Shown: piece by piece, positions 56,114 through 64,000 of the stretch
How the letters are laid out: every line of letters begins with the position of its first letter
Position numbering within the stretch: the first letter of the stretch is position 1
Origin: Chryseobacterium gleum
GTDB taxonomy: Bacteria > Bacteroidota > Bacteroidia > Flavobacteriales_F > PHOS-HE28
Length of the DNA stretch: 64,000 bases
Assembly (NCBI GenBank): GCA_945872795.1
Contig: CAMCAZ010000002.1
Location: 65,298-129,297 of the forward strand
Direction: 5' to 3'
Notes under the pieces: model-generated
Told to the model about the DNA's origin: nothing
Databases searched by the model: none
Seen by the model: the letters and a program-made list of their open reading frames with translations, nothing else
Program-made: the position numbers and the translations under genes

Positions 56114-57652
56114 ATGCTCGTCAAGGTCTTCGGAGCCGCCGTCTTTGGCATCAACGCCACCATCGTCACCGCCGAGGTGAACGTGGAACCCGGAGCCTAT
56201 TTCCAGCTGGTGGGCCTACCGGACAGCGCCGTGAAGGAAAGCCAGCAGCGCATCGATGCCGCGCTCCGCAACAACGGACTCTATGCTCCGCGGGGCAAGG
56301 GCGTCACCATCAACCTCGCGCCGGCCGATATACGCAAGGAGGGCACCGCGTATGACCTTCCACTGGCCGTGGGTCTGTTGGCGGCCACCGAACAGGTCCC
56401 CGCGGAGATGCTGGAGCATTACCTGGTCATGGGTGAGCTCTCACTGGATGGGGGCGTCCGCCCGATCAAAGGAGCCTTGCCCATTGCCATCGAAGCCAAA
56501 CTACAAGGCTTCAAGGGTGTCATCCTGCCTGCCGCCAATGCACGGGAGGCCGCCATCGTGCACGGCCTCATCGTATACGGTGTCGAGCACTTGAGCGAGG
56601 TGGTGCACCTGCTGAAGGGTCAGCCCACCGTGCAGCCCACCGTGGTGGACATCGAGGCCGAGTTCGCCAACAGCAGCCGTGCCTATCCCGTGGATATCGC
56701 CGATGTGAAGGGACAGGAGAACATCAAGCGAGCCTTTGAGATCGCCGCGGCCGGTGGCCACAACATCATCCTCATCGGTCCGCCCGGTGCGGGCAAGACG
56801 ATGCTCGCCAAACGCCTGCCCACCATCCTGCCACCGCTCACCATCGATGAGGCCTTGGAGACCACCAAGATCCACAGCGTGGCCGGAAAACTGCGTAAGG
56901 AGGACAGCCTGCTCAGTGTGCGCCCCTACCGTTCGCCTCACCACACCATCAGCGATGTGGCCCTGGTCGGTGGAGGGTCCCTCCCCCAGCCCGGCGAGAT
57001 CAGCCTGGCGCACAACGGCGTACTCTTCCTGGATGAACTGCCCGAGTTCAAACGCCAGGTGCTGGAAGTGCTGCGGCAACCGCTGGAGGACCGCGTGGTC
57101 ACCATCAGCCGGGCCAAGTTCACGGTGGAATATCCCGCCAGCCTCATGCTCGTGGCCGCCATGAACCCCTGTCCTTGCGGCTACTACAACCACCCCGATA
57201 AGGATTGTGTATGTGCCCCGGGCGTGGTGCAGAAATACCTGAACAAGGTCAGTGGACCGCTGCTTGACCGCATCGATATCCACATTGAGGTGACCCCCGT
57301 GCCGTTCAGCGAATTGAGCGAGGAGCGGCCCACGGAGAAGAGCGCCGACATGCGCGAACGGGTCATCGCCGCACGCAAGGTGCAGCAGGACCGCTATGTC
57401 GGCAAGAAGATGCATTGCAACGCGCAGATGGGAAGCAAGGAGCTGCGGGAGATCTGTCGCATCGACGCCACGGGCAAGGCCTTGTTGGAGAAGGCCATGG
57501 ACCGCCTGGGACTGAGCGCCCGGGCCTATGACCGCATCCTGAAGGTGAGCCGGACCATCGCGGATATGGCGGGTAGTCCGGATATCCGCACGGAGCACCT
57601 TGCCGAAGCCATTCAGTACCGCAGCCTGGACCGCGAGAGCTGGGCCGGGTAG
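56114..57652 (+). CDS. comM: YifB/ComM family Mg-chelatase-like AAA+ ATPase
   Basis: VGLPDSAVKES, NLAPADIRKEG, GPPGAGKTM, PHHTIS, LAHNGVLFLDELPEF, MNPCPCG, LSARAYDRILKVSRTIAD. Confidence 0.92.
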   Translation: MLVKVFGAAVFGINATIVTAEVNVEPGAYFQLVGLPDSAVKESQQRIDAALRNNGLYAPRGKGVTINLAPADIRKEGTAYDLPLAVGLLAATEQVPAEMLEHYLVMGELSLDGGVRPIKGALPIAIEAKLQGFKGVILPAANAREAAIVHGLIVYGVEHLSEVVHLLKGQPTVQPTVVDIEAEFANSSRAYPVDIADVKGQENIKRAFEIAAAGGHNIILIGPPGAGKTMLAKRLPTILPPLTIDEALETTKIHSVAGKLRKEDSLLSVRPYRSPHHTISDVALVGGGSLPQPGEISLAHNGVLFLDELPEFKRQVLEVLRQPLEDRVVTISRAKFTVEYPASLMLVAAMNPCPCGYYNHPDKDCVCAPGVVQKYLNKVSGPLLDRIDIHIEVTPVPFSELSEERPTEKSADMRERVIAARKVQQDRYVGKKMHCNAQMGSKELREICRIDATGKALLEKAMDRLGLSARAYDRILKVSRTIADMAGSPDIRTEHLAEAIQYRSLDRESWAG

Positions 57653-57691
57653 ACCGATCGTAACCAAAGCCCGTGGGATGCGTTGGAAGGG

Positions 57692-58411
57692 ATGAACCCA
57701 GCGTACCCCCACACCGTGCTACACCGTTCCGCCCCCCTCCTTTTCCTGATGTTCGTCGGCGCAGGGCTTTGTGCCAGTGCACAGGCACAGTTGCCCGAGA
57801 AGCAATACCTGAGCGAGGTGCTGGAGTTCACGTCACGGAAGAACGCCGCCTATTACCGCGTGGCCTCCGGGACCAAGGATAACCTGACGCTCGCCAAGAC
57901 CTACACCCTGGACGGCGTGCTGAAGGTGGAAGGCAGCTATGCCGATCCCGAGCTGAAGGTTGAACATGGCGACTTTACCTTCTACCACGCGAATGGCAAG
58001 GTGGAAAGCCTTGGTGAGTATGTGATGGGCAACAAGGCCGGCGTGTGGATGCGCTATGATCAGTGGGGCCGCCCCCTGGCTGAAAAGGTCTACGACCCCG
58101 AGCCCCTCGCGAACATCATTTACACCCGCGCCCAGCAGATGCCGAGCTTTCCGGAAGGGGAGAAGGCCTTCGTGCGCGTGATCGACCAGAAGATGAGCGG
58201 CCCTGCCGGTGACCGCACCAAGGGCAAGGCCACGGCCAGTTTCATCGTCGAGAAATCGGGCGACCTCACCGATGTGAAGGTGGTGGAGGGAAGCGATGTG
58301 CAGCTGAACGAGAAGCTCGTGGAGGCCATCCGGTCCACCTCACCCTGGAACACTGGCGTCGAAAAAGGCCAGCCTGTCCGTGTACAGGTGCGGATGCCTG
58401 TCCAATTCTGA
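57692..58411 (+). CDS. TonB C-terminal domain protein with MORN-like repeats
   Basis: HGDFTFYHANGKVES.G.Y..G.K.GVW repeats; MPSFPEG...FIVEKSG...W..G...G.PVRV...PVQF; start uncertain. Confidence 0.78.
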   Translation: MNPAYPHTVLHRSAPLLFLMFVGAGLCASAQAQLPEKQYLSEVLEFTSRKNAAYYRVASGTKDNLTLAKTYTLDGVLKVEGSYADPELKVEHGDFTFYHANGKVESLGEYVMGNKAGVWMRYDQWGRPLAEKVYDPEPLANIIYTRAQQMPSFPEGEKAFVRVIDQKMSGPAGDRTKGKATASFIVEKSGDLTDVKVVEGSDVQLNEKLVEAIRSTSPWNTGVEKGQPVRVQVRMPVQF

Positions 58412-58436
58412 ACCACGATCCATACACCATAAGCAG

Positions 58437-58464
58437 GAAGGCCCCCGAGCGATCGGGGGCCTTC
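58437..58464. terminator. Stem-loop between convergent TonB-C gene and secA
   Basis: GAAGGCCCCCGA-GCGA-TCGGGGGCCTTC. Confidence 0.75.
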
Positions 58465-58485
58465 GGCTTTTCAGGGGATCCGTGC

Positions 58486-61872
<3,387 letters not shown>

Positions 61873-61997
61873 GGTCGGGTGAGGTGAGGTGATGGTCTGT
61901 TCGGCGGATCTTCAAGGGACCGGATGGGGCTGGTGGGAACCTGCTCCACGAACTCCGATCCTTGGAGGCTGAAGGTGCGCCGATCGTTCAGGGGTGG

Positions 61998-62005
61998 CAA
62001 AGGTA
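61998..62005 (-). promoter_or_regulatory. -7 promoter box TACCTTTG for secA
   Basis: TAnnTTTG about 125 nt upstream of the secA ATG, downstream of the DUF2795 terminator. Confidence 0.55.
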
Positions 62006-62082
62006 GCGGGTGGGGGGGAAGCATGCATCGGGCCAGATGGACCATCCTGCCATTGCGGCAGGCCATGGTTCGATACAAAACG

Positions 62083-62109
62083 AAAAGCCCCCCGTGGTGG
62101 CGGGGGGCT
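62083..62109 (-). terminator. Intrinsic terminator after the DUF2795 gene
   Basis: AGCCCCCCG...CGGGGGGCT stem followed by a U-tract on the minus strand. Confidence 0.75.
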
Positions 62110-62128
62110 GGTGTGGAATCGCTGGGGT

Positions 62129-62350
62129 TCAGTATTCGTCCTCGTTGAAGAAGAAGTCCTCCTTTGATGGGTAGTCCGGCCAGATGTCCTCGATCGTCTC
62201 GAAGACCTCTTCATCGTCCTCGATGGCCTGCAGGTTCTCCACCACTTCGAGCGGAGCCCCCGTGCGCATGGCAAAATCGATCAGCTCATCCTTGGTGGCG
62301 GGCCAAGGCGCATCCTCCAGATAGGAGGCCAGTTCAAGTGTCCAATACAT
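62129..62350 (-). CDS. DUF2795 domain small acidic protein
   Basis: MYWTLELASYLEDAPWPATKDELID...IWPDYP..EDFFFNEDEY. Confidence 0.92.
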   Translation of the reverse strand: MYWTLELASYLEDAPWPATKDELIDFAMRTGAPLEVVENLQAIEDDEEVFETIEDIWPDYPSKEDFFFNEDEY

Positions 62351-62384
62351 CGAAAGGCCGTGTTAGGGTCCGTGAAATTGGCCG

Positions 62385-62392
62385 CAAATATA
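62385..62392 (-). promoter_or_regulatory. -7 promoter box TATATTTG for the DUF2795 gene
   Basis: TAnnTTTG 34 nt upstream of the ATG. Confidence 0.55.
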
Positions 62393-62477
62393 GACGGATA
62401 CCGATCGGCCGGGACGTGACTTATCAACCACCTGACGCACAGGGACTGAACCACCGGACGACCGGGCGTGTATGGGC

Positions 62478-63029
62478 TCAGGCCTTTGGCAGCCAGGGCG
62501 TGTCGGCCACGCCGTGCAGTTTGCCGAGGTGCCGGGCCATCATGAACAACAGGTCCGACAGGCGGTTGAGGTACTGCACCACGATCTCCGGAAGCGGATC
62601 GTGCGCGGCGAGCTGAACCACGCGTCGCTCCGCCCTGCGGCAAACGGTGCGCGCGATGTGGGCCTGCGATACCGTGGGATGACCTCCGGGAAGGATGAAG
62701 TTGCGCATGGGCTCCAGCTCGGCGTCCATGGCATCCATGGCCCGTTCCAAGACCTCGATATCCGCGGCGGTGAGCATCGGTACATGGAAGCGGGCGGCCT
62801 CCTCCTCGCTGCTCGAGGCCAGGCGCGACCCGATGGCGAACAAATTGTTCTGGACCTCGACGATGAGCGCATGGTGGTGCGGTCCGGCCAGGTCGCGGAG
62901 CATGCCCAGATGGCTGTTCAGCTCGTCCACCGTGCCATACGCCTCGATGCGAAGATGGTCCTTGGGCACGCGGGCACCTCCCAGTAATCCTGTGGTGCCT
63001 GTGTCGCCGGTGCGGGTGTAGATCTTCAT
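62478..63029 (-). CDS. Cob(I)alamin adenosyltransferase (PduO type)
   Basis: MKIYTRTGDTGTT, EAYGTVDELNS, FILPGG, RTVCRRAER, YLNRLSDLLF. Confidence 0.93.
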   Translation of the reverse strand: MKIYTRTGDTGTTGLLGGARVPKDHLRIEAYGTVDELNSHLGMLRDLAGPHHHALIVEVQNNLFAIGSRLASSSEEEAARFHVPMLTAADIEVLERAMDAMDAELEPMRNFILPGGHPTVSQAHIARTVCRRAERRVVQLAAHDPLPEIVVQYLNRLSDLLFMMARHLGKLHGVADTPWLPKA

Positions 63030-63104
63030 GATGGATGGACCGGTTCCTGCCGGACCGCAAGTAACGCCAGATGCAAGGACCTGTTCACTTTGCCGTAGAG
63101 CGGC

Positions 63105-63893
63105 TCAGTAACGCAGCACGAAATGCTCCTTCGCCTGTTCGCTGCGGAGGAACACCAATCCCATGTTGTACAGGTCGATGGTGACGGTGACCCGCGGATG
63201 GGCCTTCACCTGTTCCCACGCCTCCTCCATCCCCCGGCTCCAATGGATGTCGTCCAGGACGAGCACCGTGTCATTGTGGGCGCGGGTCAGGCACTGTTCC
63301 ACATGCTCCAGTGTGGGTCCCTTGGCGTGATTCCCGTCGATGAAGGCCAAATCAAGGCGCTCCATGCGGTGCAGCACTTCGGGCAATCGGGTGCGGAAGC
63401 TGCCCAGCACAGGCTCGATGTTGCGCTGCTTGAGCTGTTCGAAGTGATGCTGCGCGATGCGGAAGGTCTGCGGACAACCTTCGATGGTGTGGACCTTTCC
63501 GTCCGCAGCGCCACGGGCCAGGTAGAGCGTCGTGATCCCGAAGGAGGTGCCCAGTTCCAACACGGTGGACACATTGAAATACCGCGCCAGCCGGAACAGG
63601 ACCTGGGCCTGTCGGGGGCTCTTCAAGGCCGTTCGCGCGATGTCGGAGACGTTCCGGGTGGGCAAGTCGAACACCCGTGAACCGGCGCCCAGATCGTTCA
63701 CACGGATGGTCTGCTCACTGTGGAGCAGATCATCGCGCAACCGCTCCATGGCATCGAACTCCGGCAAGGCATCGCTTGGCCTGAGGACTTGGGAGATCAG
63801 CTCATACACGAAGGGGCTGTGCACACCATGCCGGTTCCGGGCCTTCACCAGGTGGCCCAGGTAGCTTCCGATCTGTCGCAATTGTTCGCCCAT
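63105..63893 (-). CDS. Class I SAM-dependent methyltransferase
   Basis: HGVHSPFVY, DLGAGS, LELGTSFGITT, FIDGNH, LDDIHWS..M..AW; ATG 63893 with TACTTTTG box at 63917-63910. Confidence 0.88.
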   Translation of the reverse strand: MGEQLRQIGSYLGHLVKARNRHGVHSPFVYELISQVLRPSDALPEFDAMERLRDDLLHSEQTIRVNDLGAGSRVFDLPTRNVSDIARTALKSPRQAQVLFRLARYFNVSTVLELGTSFGITTLYLARGAADGKVHTIEGCPQTFRIAQHHFEQLKQRNIEPVLGSFRTRLPEVLHRMERLDLAFIDGNHAKGPTLEHVEQCLTRAHNDTVLVLDDIHWSRGMEEAWEQVKAHPRVTVTIDLYNMGLVFLRSEQAKEHFVLRY

Positions 63894-64000
63894 GGGTACC
63901 AACGGAGGGCAAAAGTAGCGGACCCGGCCGCTGGTGACAGCCCGGGCTTTCACCGCGCACGTCAACAGCCTGATGTTCGTCATGTCCGGCCTGCGCGGCA

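Noticed and set aside
61873..61990. SRP (4.5S) RNA upstream of secA
   Set aside because: A long hairpin is present but the conserved domain IV motif (CAGG..GRAA..AGCAG) is absent.

Overview
GC-rich chromosomal segment of a Bacteroidota bacterium, most likely Flavobacteriales. Evidence: T9SS cargo and PorV/PorU-like genes, a kynU-kmo pair, the DUF2795-secA neighbourhood, TAnnTTTG -7 promoter boxes, and C/A-rich start regions without Shine-Dalgarno motifs. It holds about 50 mostly housekeeping CDSs: a sulfur/persulfide operon (ArsR, TauE, MBL-rhodanese, YeeE/YedE), rnd, manC, SprT, mlaEF, four tandem T9SS-secreted paralogs, gcvP, kynU, kmo, two Omp85-like proteins, recQ, tatC, lptB, purS, pssA, PorV-like and C25/PorU-like genes, lnt, pabB-like, tilS, dsbD, ORF6N, gmhA, comM, a TonB-C protein, secA and a PduO-type adenosyltransferase. 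I recognised no rRNA, tRNA, CRISPR array, transposase, integrase or reverse transcriptase. The most striking feature is a four-helix-bundle (IVP/Avd-like) gene inside the sulfur operon, bracketed by inverted arrays of a GATCAGAN octamer, which resembles an intervening-sequence cassette in an mRNA. Similar short-unit inverted arrays without an ORF occur elsewhere in the window. Other leads are a structured secA leader with a coupled uORF, an orphan ORF6N gene with operator-like palindromes, the T9SS paralog array, and an unannotated small lipoprotein. All product calls come from motif recognition by eye; no database searches were run.
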